Shown piece after piece: positions 37,301 to 49,760 of a stretch of 64,000 nucleotides of DNA. The DNA is from Phoronis australis (taxonomy: Eukaryota > Animalia > Phoronida): NCBI GenBank assembly GCA_002633005.1, contig NMRA01000404.1, positions 147,394 through 211,393 of the forward strand, given 5' to 3'. Under the pieces are notes generated by a model. The model was not told the DNA's origin. It saw nothing but the letters and a program-made list of their open reading frames with translations, and searched no databases. Each line of letters begins with the position of its first letter. The stretch's first letter is position 1. The translations under genes and the position numbers were made by a program.

Positions 37301-40300
37301 TAACAAATGTTAAAGTTTAAAAAATAAACTTTTGTGGTACACAATAAAAGTTCCTGGCTTCCTGGTGATTCTGACGTAATGTCAACCGCTATTCAAAGTT
37401 TGGTTACTGTCTGTTCACAATGAGGCTTACGTCCAAGCAAATACAGTAAGAGGAAACAATTTATTTATTTGAACTCCCAACAAAAGAACTTGACCATTCC
37501 GAAAATACAACGCCACCTGGACAACCAACCACTAACCCGAGAAACTTTTTAGTTGCACTGGCAGATGGGCGAGGGGCAAGTGGGAGAGAGGCAACTGGGC
37601 TAGAAGCAAACTAATATAACCCCGATGAATGATCATTGTGTGTTGGTTATGGCAAGTGTACATATGTTAGTAAAATAATCTTAATGTTTATTTTTCCACA
37701 TAATCCGTTAAATACATGAAGAATAAAGGAACCCATTCAATGTTAAATATATCTACAATAGGGCATCCCTACGCAAACAGCTTGGGAAATTTATTCTCAC
37801 ATTGAAGATGAAAAATTGTCTATCGTTGCTACCATATTTGGTAGTGACAACATAACTAGGTTATAAATCATTTTGTCTGTCAATATATAATTAGTAGATG
37901 CCATAAGTGAGATGGATTCAAGGATAACTTATCAATCAACCTGTTCATGTTTATCCTCTGCTGACTAAACAACATTAAAATATGCTGTTAATTACAGAGC
38001 AGACTAATTAAAGTAGAGTAGCTAGTCATACAACATATCTGTAGTGCAAATGGAGTTTTTATTAGAAATGCAACGACAGACACGGAGACCACAGACATGG
38101 AGACACTTTTCATGACAATATTCACCTCTGTATTCTCTAGGTATATACAAAGATCAGATCCTTCAATTCAACATGTTGAAATAAATACGCTGTGTAACGA
38201 GTTCTGTATAAATGCACAGGAATGTGATCACCAAAAGTATGGGCTTTGTTTTACCACTAAAGTTACCGACCATCATTAAAGTTACTGACCATCATTTAAG
38301 TTACTGACCATCATTAAAGTTACTGACCGTCATCAAAGTCACAACTGACCGGTGACATGATTTGCGTTAATATAATTCGTTAACAGCTAATACTAATGAT
38401 TCTAAAAGTACTAAGTACATAATTTCATTCATTACTTGAAAACTTTGATGTCGGTTAATACTAAAGGTAATGGCGATGTTACCTTTGATGTTAATGTGTC
38501 TGAAGTAAAGTTAACTTGATGGGAACAGACCAAGAGACAAGACGACCAAAGTACAGCATAATAGTCATTAATCAACTTGCTGATGATGTCAAGAGATAAT
38601 TACAGTAAAACCTCACAGAGAACAATAATTGTTAAAATTGACATTTTTCATTTTTCAAAGACTTCCAACATAATATTGTGATTGGACGATTTCTTGAACA
38701 TTGAACATTGGTAACTAAGAAATAGACAAGAGCAACGCAGAGTGTTGAAATGCGCCCACGAATGCACCGCCAACGTTGTGCTTCTAGGGATGTATATTTG
38801 GAACATAAAAAATTTGCAAACAGATGGCACAAAATATGTCGAATCCATCTGAGAACTTATATGTGTCTTCAAAGCTATTTACCAAGTTTCATAAAAATCT
38901 GTCAAGAAACTTCTGAGAAAACAGAGGAAAATGAAAAAATGAAATTACCACTAAGAGGCTATAAGCGCAAAAAACATAACTGCCACAAAGAGGCACCAAA
39001 GTAGATAAAGTCGTCGGAAAATCATCGTCAGACTTCCTCTTCCCATTAGGAACATACCGTAGTCGTTCGGGTTAACGCCCATGCTCAGTTAACCGCCCAC
39101 CCCCTACTTTAGGTGAATTTCGATTTAACCGCCCACTGCTCGGTTAACCGCCCCCCTGCTATTTTTGAAGATTTCCAATTAACCGCCCACTGCTCGGTTA
39201 ACCGCCCATCCCCTACTTTTGCCGATTGGTGATTACCGCCCTGTGCTAATAGGAAACGCGAATCCCCGACCTTTTAGATTAAGATCGATGATAACATTGA
39301 GTGCAACGACGGCCTCAGAGACCGCGGTTTAGCAATGTGAATTATGATACCAGTAACAAATTATTGTAACGGGTCATCGATTAACTTCAAAATGTAATAC
39401 TTGAACACTTTGTCACTTTCTTTTCTTCTCATGTTCGCAAACTTTAGGAACCGCGCTGGCGTCTACACCTCNCCATCTGAGAACTAATGCATGTCATCAA
39501 AGCTATTTACCAAATTTCATATAAATCTGTAAAGGAACTTCTGAGAAAGCAGAGGAAAATGAAAAAATGAAATTGCCACTAAGAGGCTATAAGCGCAAAA
39601 AACATAACTGCCACAAAGAGGCACCAAAGTAAAGTCATCGGAAAATCATCGTCAGACTTCCTCTTCCCATTAGGAACATAAATGCCAATTTCCACAACCA
39701 TCCTTAGAGTGGTTTGGTTGACAGAAAGGCAGACGTCAAATAACAAGACTCGAAAACAGTAAAAATGGCCACCAGGTGGCGCAAAGTACCTCAAATCCGT
39801 CCGAAAATGGGAGGATGGCATCATCTCACTAATAGATGTCTAACTGCAAAATTTTATGCAAATCTGTTGTGGACCTCCAAATCTGCAGATTAAGCATAAA
39901 AAAATAAAAATTGCCACTAGGGAGCACACCAGTGGTCAGAGAGGTCCAAAATTTGTTGCCATCTTTAGTCACCTTCATGGGAAAACATCTGCCAAATCTC
40001 ATTAAGATCCTGTGAAAGGTTTAGGAGATATAGCCATGGGCACAAAAACAATCAAAAATACCACTAGGAGGCGCAACAGTTGTCGAAGTCGTCGGAAAAT
40101 CATCGTCAGTCACCCTCTTCACTGTAAAAACATACATGCTAATTTTCAAACTCATTCCTAGAGCGGTTTTGTTGATAGAATGCCAAAAATACAGATTCGA
40201 AAACAGTAAAATGGCCACTAGGTGGCGCAAAGGACCTTGAATCCATCCGAAAACGAGAGGATGGCATCATCTCACTAATAGATGCCTAACTTCCAAATTT

Positions 40301-43300
40301 TATGAAAATCCGTTGAGGGCATCCGAAGATAAAGAGGTAAGTGTAAAAAAATAAAATTGCCACTAGAGGCACACCGGCAGTCAGAGAGGTCTGAAATTCG
40401 TTGTTGTCTATCATCAGCTTCATAGGAACACGTCTGCCAAATCTCATCAAGACCCTTTGAGAGGTTTATTATACAGCTGCGGACGCCGGACACCCAGACA
40501 GCCAGATATGACGGTAATATGCGACCACATATAAAAACGTGGGTGCATAAAAAAGGTGAAATTTTTATGCAACTTAGTTTTTATGGAAAAATGAAGAACT
40601 ATAATTTAACTTGTGCATAATATTGTGTCCTAAATTAGTTACATTTTACTGAAATACCATGTTCACCAGGTATGCTGTTTTTCCAATTCATGTTTTTTAA
40701 AAAACACTAAGAAACATGAATGCACCTAGTGCAAGACTCAGTGATAACTGCGTGTGTTCTTTGTTAAAGGCAAGACGCTCATGTTGAAAGCACACATTTG
40801 ATATTTGAAGCAAATTCTAGAACAAAATAGCTTTTACCTGACTTATAAATAACAAATTTAAAAACAAACAACTGTAGATATTATAAACCTTTTGCTTTCA
40901 AAGTTCACCAGCAAAGTGACAAAAGCATGGATATTTTGTCTCCTATCTTGGTGTTGGACAAACAAGACTTGAGTAGACTGACTAACAAAATGTAAAAAGT
41001 AAACAACAGCCATGTGTACATAACCAAAATCTACCACACAGAGAAGAGTCACTGTTAGGAAACAGCAGGCAGACCCACACTGGGCCATGGAGTTCAAATG
41101 GATGCCCTGAGATACCCTGAGACAAATCTAGACACCCTAGGTAGGACGCCAGAAGCGTGTTCAACAGAGTGAGCGCCCGCTAGCGTGTACTTGCGAACAC
41201 AAGGAACAGCTCCTGAACAGCTGTGAGCGCTCACTGTGAGATCCAGTATGGCAACTCTGAAGTAGATTGTGTTGAACGTCTTAGCCGATGAGCTTAACAC
41301 TAACAGTCCATCCTATGGCGTACTGAGCGATAAATATGATTAATCTTTGCCAATAATTATTAATATTGGCAGCCCAAGACAACAACCGTGAAGACTTTGA
41401 AACGAAAAGAATAAAAAATTACGTCGAGGAAACTGTTCCTCGCTACAGCGACCCGCAATTTAAGTCGCAGTTTCGGATGAGTCAGTCAATTTTTGAGGTT
41501 AGTTTTCGTGTTGCAGAACCATAATGGGTTCATATGTTGCCGACGTGAAGCCTTCGCAGGACGCCATCTTGGAAATCTAAGCGAACATGCTCTCGAGGTT
41601 GTTCGCGAGCGCTTGAGGGCTAACGTGAACACAGCTGTTCAGGATGAGGCCGCTCAAATCGCTCGCGGGCGCTCACTCTAAACATTGATATTTCATATGC
41701 TACCTGAAGCTTTAGGAGCTCATTGGTCTCTTCAGAATAAACAAGTTGGGTTAGAAATGAAATAAGATACGATATAACAACAACTTGACTTGAGATCATA
41801 AGCATACTGTTGCCCCTTATTGGTCACTGACAACCTGAAAAATTGAGAAACCCATTCTGGAGACCCTGTTTTTGAAATTTTGGATGAACTTCTGTTTCAC
41901 AGTCCACCGGTACTGCATTCCTTAGATGTGACAACCCTGCAAGACCACCAAGAGTTACCAAGATATTACCATGTATTACCAAGCACAGCAGGTTTCCTAC
42001 AAGTATCTAAGGAACTCAAGACAGGAATCCCAAAATTACTTTCAGCTCAACTTTTGTCACCACTTTCATGATCTTTGCAGAAACCTTTAAATCAATGTAT
42101 GATGTCCTATCAGATGAAATGAATACAACCAGCCGAGTACAAACTACAAAATTCAATGGCAAACATACCTCATCCACATTTGGAACGTTGTATTTTCTGA
42201 ATATCTGAATATGACCACGAATAATTTTGAAAAATGTTATGAAATCCCAATGCTTTAAATCCCAATCTAAATCACATGATCAAACTGCAGGTGGCACTGA
42301 ACATTGTCACAAATCCAACTCTTGCTACTCCCCTAGTAGCTGGTACAAGTCTAACAGCCAGTCATCATGACCTGACACCTTTCAAGCTTCACAACTAGTC
42401 AATTTTTAAGGACCTACAAGCCGTAGCAGCTAGTGGAAAACGCCGAAGGAAATACATGTAGATACTCCTAGGAGTGAACATTAATGTTCATTGCAAGAGA
42501 AGGGAATACTTCTTGAAAGGCTGTGTTCAAACCTTCAAGCAGAACTGTCACTGTCAGGTTTTAGTAAGAAAGGTGTGCGGCTGCGGGATTCTTTTCCCAG
42601 GCAGTACAAATTTCTTTCGATTACATTTGACCCTGCCGTAACACAAAGTACAGTAATCAGATATTCTTTAAAGTGAAAACTAAGAATACATTTCAAATAC
42701 TGTTTAGTACACAAAATATATTTATGTATTTACAAAAGATGCATCATCAATGTACATACTGACCGGTAGAAATCAAGCTAGCTGTATGAAACCTATCGCC
42801 AACACATAGCTATGTAGCTGTGTGTAGAGCTCAGCTAGACACTGAAATTTCACACAACCCCAGTGCTTGAGGCTCGTCACCTTGTCGTGAAATTTAGAGT
42901 TAACAACCTACAGGGGCGCATGCAGAATCTGGGAATGAACTGACATTCACCTTGCCCGTTACAGCCGTTTATAGAAGTAAAAAGACAATTTAATAAATGC
43001 ATTTTTCGTAATTCTCCGCCTTTTGTAACAAAGGAAAATCTGTGGTCGTTATGAAAACAGTGCATTTCCGAAAAAATTGTGATATCTCGACAGTTTTTTT
43101 CTGAAATTGAGTTTTCTGATAATAAAATGGGGGGGAGTGAAATTAATCCAACAGAGTGACGTCACCGAGGCCTTCAAGTCGACAAACTCACGTCACCAAG
43201 GCCAGTACAAAATTGGCCACCCTCCATCTGCATCTGCAAAACAACAGCCCGCGAGACAAAAATAAGACACCTCGAATCCAAATAGGTGGCCGGTGTAATA

Positions 43301-46300
43301 CCTGGGACCAACGCGGTGCCGAAACAGGTGCAACGAAGGTCCGCAGTGGAATGGGGGAGACGGAGTTTGTGCAAACAATGCATTTTATTTTTAAGGACCT
43401 ATAATCACATCAATGCCGACATGTCAGTGTTTTCAGACTGTTGGTGACCCCTGTATAGAAGGTTGACAGTGCAAATTAACTTGGCAATAAACAGGTGATT
43501 TAACAGCTATGAAGGGTTAACACTGCTATCACCAGCAGGTGTCACTATCAGTAACTGCAGGTGATGTGGCATTTTTAAAAAAATCACCATTCTACAACTA
43601 CAGGCATTTCACTTAAATTCATTTACTTTACAGCCTTGAGCGATAATTCAGATTAAACAAAATATGTCTGCAAAACTTTTGGAAGCGCCATCTTGCGATA
43701 ACTTTGGCGTCCACTACCTACTGAAGCCAGGCTGAAAGGTTCCACTAAGTTAGCAGTTTGCAAACTTATCCCGGTGGTGATGATTGGAAAGACTGTGGGA
43801 GACCTTCCAGCTACTAGTTAAAAAGGCCTTTCCCACTGCCTCTGAAACTTCGGTACTACCGAGGCTTCGTTCAGTGAAAACATTGAACTTTGATCTTTTA
43901 TCGAAGTTAACAGCACTAGTTAACTCTGAAGTTAAGAGGTGGATTTAACAGTGAAGTGTCGATGCTTCGGTATAATGAGAACACTTAACTTCGATGCTAT
44001 TGAAGATATCGACATATGTCACTGCATTAATTCGCCAACAGTGGGCGCTACCTAGTTAATATTTCATTCCAGTAGTTGTTAGTTTGGCAGTATAAGCATT
44101 GTTTCAATTTGTCCACGTGCTTGCTGGACTCTTTTGTTAAAAATGATAAAAAATCACTGAACATTTTGTGCGCACCGGAATTCCCAGCTTTTTCCCCCGC
44201 CAAACGTCACACTGCCTATACACAGATCTGCTCCAAGCCAAGAGACTAATTTTTTTGTTAAATGTCGTCAAATTTCTTCATCTTAACATGCCTTCTGAAG
44301 TTGACGTCTTCGTGTCTGTGTGCAGAGGGGGGGAGGAGATCCTTGTCATTTTTAATGGCAATGACAAAAACAGTAAGGCGTACGAACATATACAGGCCCA
44401 ATGAGATAAATTACATGTAATTATACATATACATATACATATACATATACAGCTCATAGTACACGTCATATTGGCATCCTCTTGCCATAATTCCGCTGAA
44501 CTGTAACTCTGAAGTTGATGTGAAAACTCACACTAACACTAAACCAGTTAACAGTGAAGTTTCAATACCCCAGTAGTAAAGTGAACTGCATGGGACAACT
44601 TGATTTATTTAGTTAGTGTGAAAAGGCCCTACACAACTAGTAAAGTGCAGGAATAGTCCTTTTGAGGAAGTCACATGGGCAGTCTATTGTTATGTAATAA
44701 TGAAGTGACTGCCAGTTTCAATAGCTCACTAAGCTCAGCTATTGTTAGATTTGACCATTAAAAGGCCAAATGTCTAATTTCATACCCTCATGCAGATAAA
44801 AGACATTATATTCTAATGATGTCATTCTCAAGAAGTTGTCAGACTCACTTAACATTGTATAGGTGAACATTAGGTTATTGCTAATGGCCATTGGTCCAGT
44901 CAATGTTTCCTGGGACTATCCAAGTATTGCCTGAACTAATGATAAAGAGCGCAATAAAAACCTACACAATACCACCACTGTCATATCAAGCAGGCTTATT
45001 TAATAGCTCATCATTTCCTCAACCATTCAACCATTGAGACCACAACTGACACTTCAAGCTATTCAAGTACCCTTGTGTAACCAGACCTGAAGGCCCTTTG
45101 TCCTTGGTAGGCAACTGATTAGAAGGATTGAGGACAACAAGTACTACTGAAGCAATAAAACATGGCCATATATAATGCCTGTACCATTGGAATATTGGCC
45201 CTGTATAATGCCTGTACCATAATAACTCAGTAGTCTTGTGTGCCTCATTGGTAACCTGTCCAGTGACATGGAGAGGAAAACAAAGTTGACTTGAGTGAAT
45301 CCACATGCAAAACAAAAACCTTGCACCTCCAGCAATATTTGCAACAGGAAATACAAACTTCGAGCCATAAAAATACAATCTCCAGGCAGTCACATTTGTC
45401 CCCCACACTTGGCCCTACAGGAATGAGGGCCTTGCACCCTCCAGTCGCCATGGTTACTCTATCAGAAACAACATGCACGCCAAACCTACATTTCTATGTT
45501 AATTGGTTGATCAAATGATAAATTCCCAGGGTGATACTACAAATATGCAGTCTGGTATTTAAAAAAAATAGATATGCCAGGTTTCTAAGCTGATTAGTAA
45601 GAGAATTCAAGAATGCTAGACTCCCAAGGGTGGAACAAATTTCAGGCCCAGGTACTTTGTTATTGTAGACATGTACCCAAGTATGAAACAACAGTTCATG
45701 TCTTGCCTGTAGAAACATAAAACCAACTGTGAGACAAATGCTCAAGTATTTGATACTAAGAAAGGTGCTAACCAAACTCCATTCAGGCCATCTGTATCAC
45801 TATTTACACCCCAGGATAGCAATGAAAAAATCTTAACTTCTTTCTTTGGACACAAATTCCCCCTTGTGTGACAAGTTGGTAACAACATCTCATATACCCT
45901 CTGGCCTATACAGACTACAGCTTCAGGAAAGTAAACAGAGAGAAATCATATAAAGTCAAAATCTTTGAATGGAATTTGAAATGTTGACTTTGACCAACAA
46001 TCCTCCTATACAAATATCAATCACTAAGATGGCTGTCCAAGCTCAAACATAAACAGTTTCAACACTGTGCAGTTATCACCACAGTGCACACACTTGGTTT
46101 AGGGTCCAAAACACATTTTGGAGTTATTGCTGAATGGGATAAACTACTTGAAGATGGTAGCTTTGACCAGAGTTGTAAACTGTTGGATGGGATAGACTAC
46201 TTGAAGACGCTAGCTTTGACCAGATTTGGACGATATAGACTAATTGAAGATGCTAGCTTTGACCAGAGTTGGATGGGACACACTACTTGAAGATGCTAGC

Positions 46301-49180
46301 TTTGACCAGATTTGTAAACCAATAAAATGTTCTAATGATTCTATTACAATGTGTCAATTCACTGCTGCTGATTGGCAATAATTCACTCAAATTGAGGCTA
46401 GTGACAACAATTTACACTCATGTAGGACCTTGTTAACAGGTTTACTTTAGCCATAAAACTATTTGGATGTTTAGTATCATGGCAGTAGATGACGCAATTT
46501 GGACCCGACCCCGGAAATAAGAATAGACATGCTGTCACACTGGGTCCAAAATGTCATAATGACATCAAAATTACGTCATGCTAAGCAATCCTCCAACTCA
46601 AAGAATATGTTTTCCTTAAAGTAGAAAGCCTGTAGAACTTGACTTTGGACTTTTACCAATCTGTTATTAATTGGATTACGTGACCATGTCTTTAAGAAAA
46701 TTTAGCAACAAGAAAGGTACAAAAATGATGGCATAGATGACTTTAAATTTTAGTTGGTATAAATCTTGAGATCTCGAAAATGCAGTATAGGTTTTCTAAA
46801 ATATCATTTTGTTTTTATTTTACATAATTTTAAAGTTTATTCATGAAAATCATAGAAGTCCTATTTTTGATAAGCCCTCATGCAGAAGCAGAAAATTTTA
46901 AAAACAATTTCTAAAATATTTTGGACAAAAAACATTTAGCGTAATATCCAAAAGTTTCACATGATGTTGCGAAGTTCGATATTTTTCTAGGGTACCCAAT
47001 ACCTAAAATTACTATTCTTTTCTTTTTATAATTTGACTTTTTCCAAGTGAGAGTTACTAAAACTTATTTCTAAGGGAGTGTGACACAGTAGAACAGTAAA
47101 CTCCACCCCATGCATAACACTAGGGGGCAGGTTTGCATGAATAGCAGATTATAGCTGCTGATCATTTATTTAGCTTGACTATCCTGGCGAAAGAATTTAA
47201 TGCCAAAATCAATAGTGACAGGAAGATATTAGCTTAAGCTTCAAGAAACTTAAGTACAAGACCATTAGCTAAGGACATCCTTCAAAATGTTCCCTAGAAG
47301 ATAACACATCACAGTCTGAAGTAATCATACAGAGCAGATGATAACTTAGAGTGTGTATGTAGTTATAGCAATCCCTGAACAACTGTTTGAACACATAATG
47401 TTGGTTGACCAGAACTTAGTGTAGAAATGTGTAATCAGAAAAAAGTGCTTAGCACAATGACTTATCCTAGAACAAGTTAGTCATGGAACAAGTTGCCGCT
47501 AGGTTTGGAGGTTGTGAGAACACTAGTTAAACTAGTGCAACTTGCAGAGCGACAACATCCACTTTCCAGGCTTCTATAACTTATTGGATATATGCGTGGG
47601 GCAAGTTGCACTCATGCAAGTCTGTGCATGGATGGGGCTTAAATGAACAACTGTGTGAACACAAATGTGCAGATCAGAACTTAGTGTGTGAGTGAATAGT
47701 GCAATAAATGAACCATTGTCTGAACACATAGTGTCAGTGAGAACAACAAATAATGAACAATAAGCTCAACAAAAACAAAATAATCTGATACAGCATCCAT
47801 AAGACATCTTTAAAAGATGGCAGACGATCCAGACAACCATTCACAAAGACATACTGACAGCTATTTATTCCATTATAACGATAATAGTCTGACCAATCAC
47901 ATGTGCGCCATCAGCTAAACTGTTAACATCATAGAGTCTATGTCACTTTGTATTTCTAGGCTGTCCTAAACCAAAAACAGAAATCGGGGTTATCAGAAAA
48001 CTAGTGGTACCTGGGGTAGATAATTTATGGTGACCAGGAAAAGGATGAAAATTTTAATAAATTGTGATCAAAAATGTGATTAGTAAAACTTATAAAATAT
48101 GACAATTAAGTCAAGAACTTGATAACGTTACACGACCCCCCTTGACCCCTCTTACTTAACCTTGACAACATTACAGTGACATGCCATAGACACTCATGAC
48201 TTTCGATTCACATAAGTACGTCACTGTCTTACCTATTACATTGCATATTGTTCAAGGCTTAGATACAAACAGCTTGCACTGCGTGCATGCCATTTTGTTT
48301 ACTGAATCACACGTGTGCAATATCTTGCAGGTAGTTGAAGTGGCAAAGAAATGTATTTCAATAGAGCAGAAAATTCCTAAATTTAATTTAATATAATTTT
48401 ATCACTACTTGTCATCACTATCACTTATAGAGATGTGCTTTCGGGAACATTGAGATGGGATTCAATCGTGAGTACATGTATACTTTCTTGAACCAAGAGA
48501 TGTCTTCTGTTGCTTGTAAAATATTATTCTCTAGACAGAAATTCACTGTAGGTGGTGACACCATTCAGAAGTATATAGGAAAATATGATTTATTAAATCC
48601 AGCAAGTCTTCCCAGAAATAAGACAGAACTTATATGGAAATATGACAGAACTTATATGGAAATACCACAGAACTTATATGGAAATATGACAGAACTTATA
48701 TGGAAATACGACAGAACTTATATGGAAATATGACAGAACTTACATGGAAATACAAAATAATGTGAAAAGGAGGTAAGTTTAAGCCACTGTCTCTTCCGAG
48801 TTATAAACAAACTAAATTGACAGTGTAAATCTTTTCTTCAAGGTTTTCCAAACAAATAATCCTACCTGCATCTTAGTGGCCCCCATTTCAACATAGCTGA
48901 GCCTGCTTAGAGTCAGTGCAAGAGTACGTGCTTCATTTCGTATGTCCAAACCACTCCACTGTTTGGGATCAACAGATTCTTGTGACTTGTCAACATTAGA
49001 CATGTACTTCTCCTCGGCTTCATCGATAGAGAAATCCTTAAGTATATTGCGAAAATGCACATTCCCAGACGATGTGGAGTCCTGATCTTTTACTTGAGTA
49101 CTCGCCACAATGGATAAAAAACAAAATACAGTCAGCACCCATCCAAGTGACACTTTGGGACATGTTGTTCGACCCGCCAT
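16333..49180 (-). CDS. CACHD1: CACHD1 (VWA and Cache domain-containing protein 1, alpha2-delta-like). 21 exons: 49180-48866, 37253-37191, 31103-30955, 30557-30451, 28735-28606, 28161-28017, 27311-27008, 26191-26054, 25019-24783, 24519-24367, 24073-23950, 23524-23346, 22751-22522, 21638-21457, 20558-20449, 20071-19949, 19293-19095, 18668-18516, 18253-17878, 17576-17343, 16751-16333
   Basis: All exons are GT-AG bounded and phase-compatible. The protein has a signal peptide ([27 protein letters not shown]), [20 protein letters not shown] motif [13 protein letters not shown], Cache motifs ([64 protein letters not shown]), Cys-rich ECECPCECP, a TM helix ([22 protein letters not shown]) and the cytoplasmic [10 protein letters not shown] motif. 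ATG at 49180 is in CAAGATGGCG context; an in-frame upstream ATG at 49213 is an alternative start. Confidence 0.95.
18436..18536 (-). repeat. 32-bp x 3 tandem duplication of the CACHD1 exon-18 end and donor
   Basis: Minus: tgcccctgtagcatg|gtaagtcatgagccttc repeated. Confidence 0.9.
19563..19728 (-). repeat. Ectopic copy of the exon-18 3' end plus a 4-donor array inside CACHD1 intron 16
   Basis: Same 32-bp unit x ~4.5 followed by ...gaaagctacacgtttcattcaccagt, which matches 18531-18567 minus an 11-nt deletion. Confidence 0.9.
21781..22201. repeat. 20-bp minisatellite, 21 copies
   Basis: (gtattgaggcattacactta)n, in CACHD1 intron 13. Confidence 0.95.
22730..22950 (-). repeat. ~61-bp x 3.5 tandem duplication of the CACHD1 exon-13 acceptor plus exon start
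   Basis: Minus: ctctctctctccacccag|tggccaccat(g/a)ccagacctgtt repeated. Confidence 0.9.
25028..25240. repeat. 30-bp minisatellite, 7 copies, abutting the CACHD1 exon-9 acceptor
   Basis: (gaagagatgaccaagatatacacaagtgta)n; the last unit on the minus strand merges into the polypyrimidine tract ...catctcttccttttcag. Confidence 0.95.
27424..27502 (-). pseudogene. tRNA-derived sequence (SINE-like head / tRNA pseudogene) within a composite repeat spanning 27362-27762
   Basis: Minus strand: gggtcctcaGTAGCTCAGTGGTAAGAGCActaga-cctgcaa-tctagagacCTGTGGTTCGATTCCCAGttggggttcca. It has A and B boxes and D, anticodon and T arms, but the acceptor stem is imperfect and position 33 is C, so it is unlikely to be a functional tRNA. 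Confidence 0.7.
28743..28888. repeat. 49-bp x 3 tandem repeat abutting the CACHD1 exon-5 acceptor; a 17-bp x ~6 repeat (gtaaggtgcattctgg) follows at 28950-29060
   Basis: (gaatagtgattagcattcagccaaccacaagcgctgacacagtatcaat)n. Confidence 0.9.
29664..30450 (-). repeat. 29-bp minisatellite, ~27 copies, starting exactly at the CACHD1 exon-4 donor
   Basis: Unit on +: cacaaatcatgacagtgatactatgtact. On the minus strand the first unit starts GTAAGTAC (true donor) and most later units start GTGAGTAC. Confidence 0.95.
31381..31529. repeat. 49-bp x 3 perfect tandem repeat
   Basis: (cagagttcacagtacaccatggtaataactgtcaaactgaacattattt)3. Confidence 0.9.
32695..33770 (+). pseudogene. Kolobok THAP-domain DDE transposase, frameshifted and truncated
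   Basis: THAP C2CH ([10 protein letters not shown]...LHRFP...W...RVCGKHF...LKKDAIPSV), then [19 protein letters not shown]...[14 protein letters not shown] frameshift at the T8 run (~33562-33569) continues into [18 protein letters not shown]...[27 protein letters not shown]. The GDGR residues normally preceding DSPG are missing and the ORF is cut after DVEL. Confidence 0.85.
33762..34036 (-). pseudogene. KolX-like protein (P2X7 cytoplasmic-ballast-like Zn domain), N-terminal part only
   Basis: [13 protein letters not shown]...GYMFEPEY...[27 protein letters not shown]. The YxFEP plus WCxCxxCxxMPTxxECxCC signature is typical of the second Kolobok gene and of 'P2X7-like' Zn-binding proteins. 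It converges on the transposase and is truncated at the same deletion junction. Confidence 0.8.
36148..36428. repeat. ~60-bp x 5 degenerate tandem repeat
   Basis: ttagaagtgaccagaacacaagcacaagtcacagtcat units. Confidence 0.85.
38724..40553 (+). mobile_element. Helentron/HINE-like non-autonomous element with internal long tandem repeats
   Basis: Starts (g)ACAAGAG with subterminal ATGCGCCCACG (38750-60). Ends with a GACG/GACA-type microsatellite (40480-40505), the inverted CGTGGGTGCAT (40538-48) and an A-run. Internal diverged repeats of ~430-440 bp (ggaaaatcatcgtcag...; ggatggcatcatctcactaatagatg at 39813 and 40259). Confidence 0.6.
39057..39471. mobile_element. One end of a TA-targeting (Tc1/mariner-type) MITE inserted in the HINE-like element; the other end is lost at the N at 39472
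   Basis: TA|CCGTAGTCGTTCGGGTTAACGCCCA with subterminal TTAACCGCCC repeats (x6). The sister repeat unit reads GGAACATA|AATGCC without the insert (39673-39686). Confidence 0.55.
42911..43453. mobile_element. Old Tc1/mariner-like MITE
   Basis: TA|CAGGGG...CCCCTG|TA with a degenerate ~35-bp TIR (cagggg..ca..tctg..aa..actgacat at both ends). Confidence 0.5.
43823..44630. mobile_element. Second, diverged copy of the same MITE family in opposite orientation
   Basis: Termini AAGGCCTTTCCCACT / AGTGTGAAAAGGCCCT. 43906-43995 (gttaacagcactagttaactctgaagttaagaggtggatttaacag...ttaacttcg) aligns by eye with the reverse complement of 32341-32429. Confidence 0.65.
46135..46318. repeat. ~40-50-bp x 4 tandem repeat
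   Basis: gggatagactacttgaagatgctagctttgaccaga units. Confidence 0.85.
48617..48753. repeat. 22-bp x 6 repeat ~110 bp into CACHD1 intron 1
   Basis: (aatatgacagaacttatatgga)n. Confidence 0.9.
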
Positions 49181-49213
49181 CTTGAAAAATTTCCACTTTG
49201 TTCGGGGTCTCAT

Positions 49214-49760
49214 TCTTTAAATTAAAGACAGCAATAAGGCATTTGTGTTATATTTCCTGTTACCTTTGTCTTGCACAAACTATATAAGAAATCATCCTGA
49301 TTGTCCGCTCACTTTCTAGTAAACTTTTTGATAACTTTCAAGCAACTTCCAGACTAAGTTTCGGAATGTCCAGCGCCTCTGGCAATCACAGCCAACAAAC
49401 TGGGACTCCGCTGGTCATAAAGTAAACAGCCGCATCGTAGTATTCTTCAAGTTTGTTTTTCACTGTTAAAAAGTGTTTCTTTTCAAGAAGTGGCTATTTT
49501 TTCAGTTGTTTAACTTCTTGTTTGTTCATTAGTTATGGTTTAACAAAATTTTGACGAAATACTCCGAAACTTTGTAATTAATGAGCTGCCGAACAATTAT
49601 ATCGAGAATCTCCTAACAGATGTCAGCCCAAAACGTGCGCAGACGGTAGTGCGCAGAAAACCCAAAATGGAAGTCTGAAGCGATATATCTCTTTGTTATT
49701 GTCTCATTGTTAAAAGTGTCTAAAGCATCAGTACTGAACGGTGACTGGTATGATCGCTTT
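49214..49760. promoter_or_regulatory. Probable bidirectional promoter shared by CACHD1 and Brahma
   Basis: The two genes diverge, with start codons ~1.65 kb apart. The first Brahma coding exon is preceded by an acceptor (gttgtag at ~50809), which implies an upstream non-coding exon. Tandem TGCGCA half-sites lie at 49636-49655 (NRF1-like) with AAAATGG (YY1-like) at ~49664. TSS positions are not determinable. Confidence 0.55.

Noticed and set aside
38845-39680. ~210-bp duplication around the N at 39472 as a biological event
   Set aside because: It coincides with an assembly join inside a tandem-repeat element, so it cannot be separated from a haplotype or scaffolding artefact.
41300-42200. CpG-rich stretch with short ORFs and splice-like signals in CACHD1 intron 1, as a nested gene or alternative promoter
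   Set aside because: No recognisable protein motif or consistent exon chain on either strand, so it cannot be supported without expression data.
46533-47086. TGTCACACT ... AGTGTGACA inverted match as the TIR of another CAC-type element
   Set aside because: Only 9 bp match and no TSD is visible.
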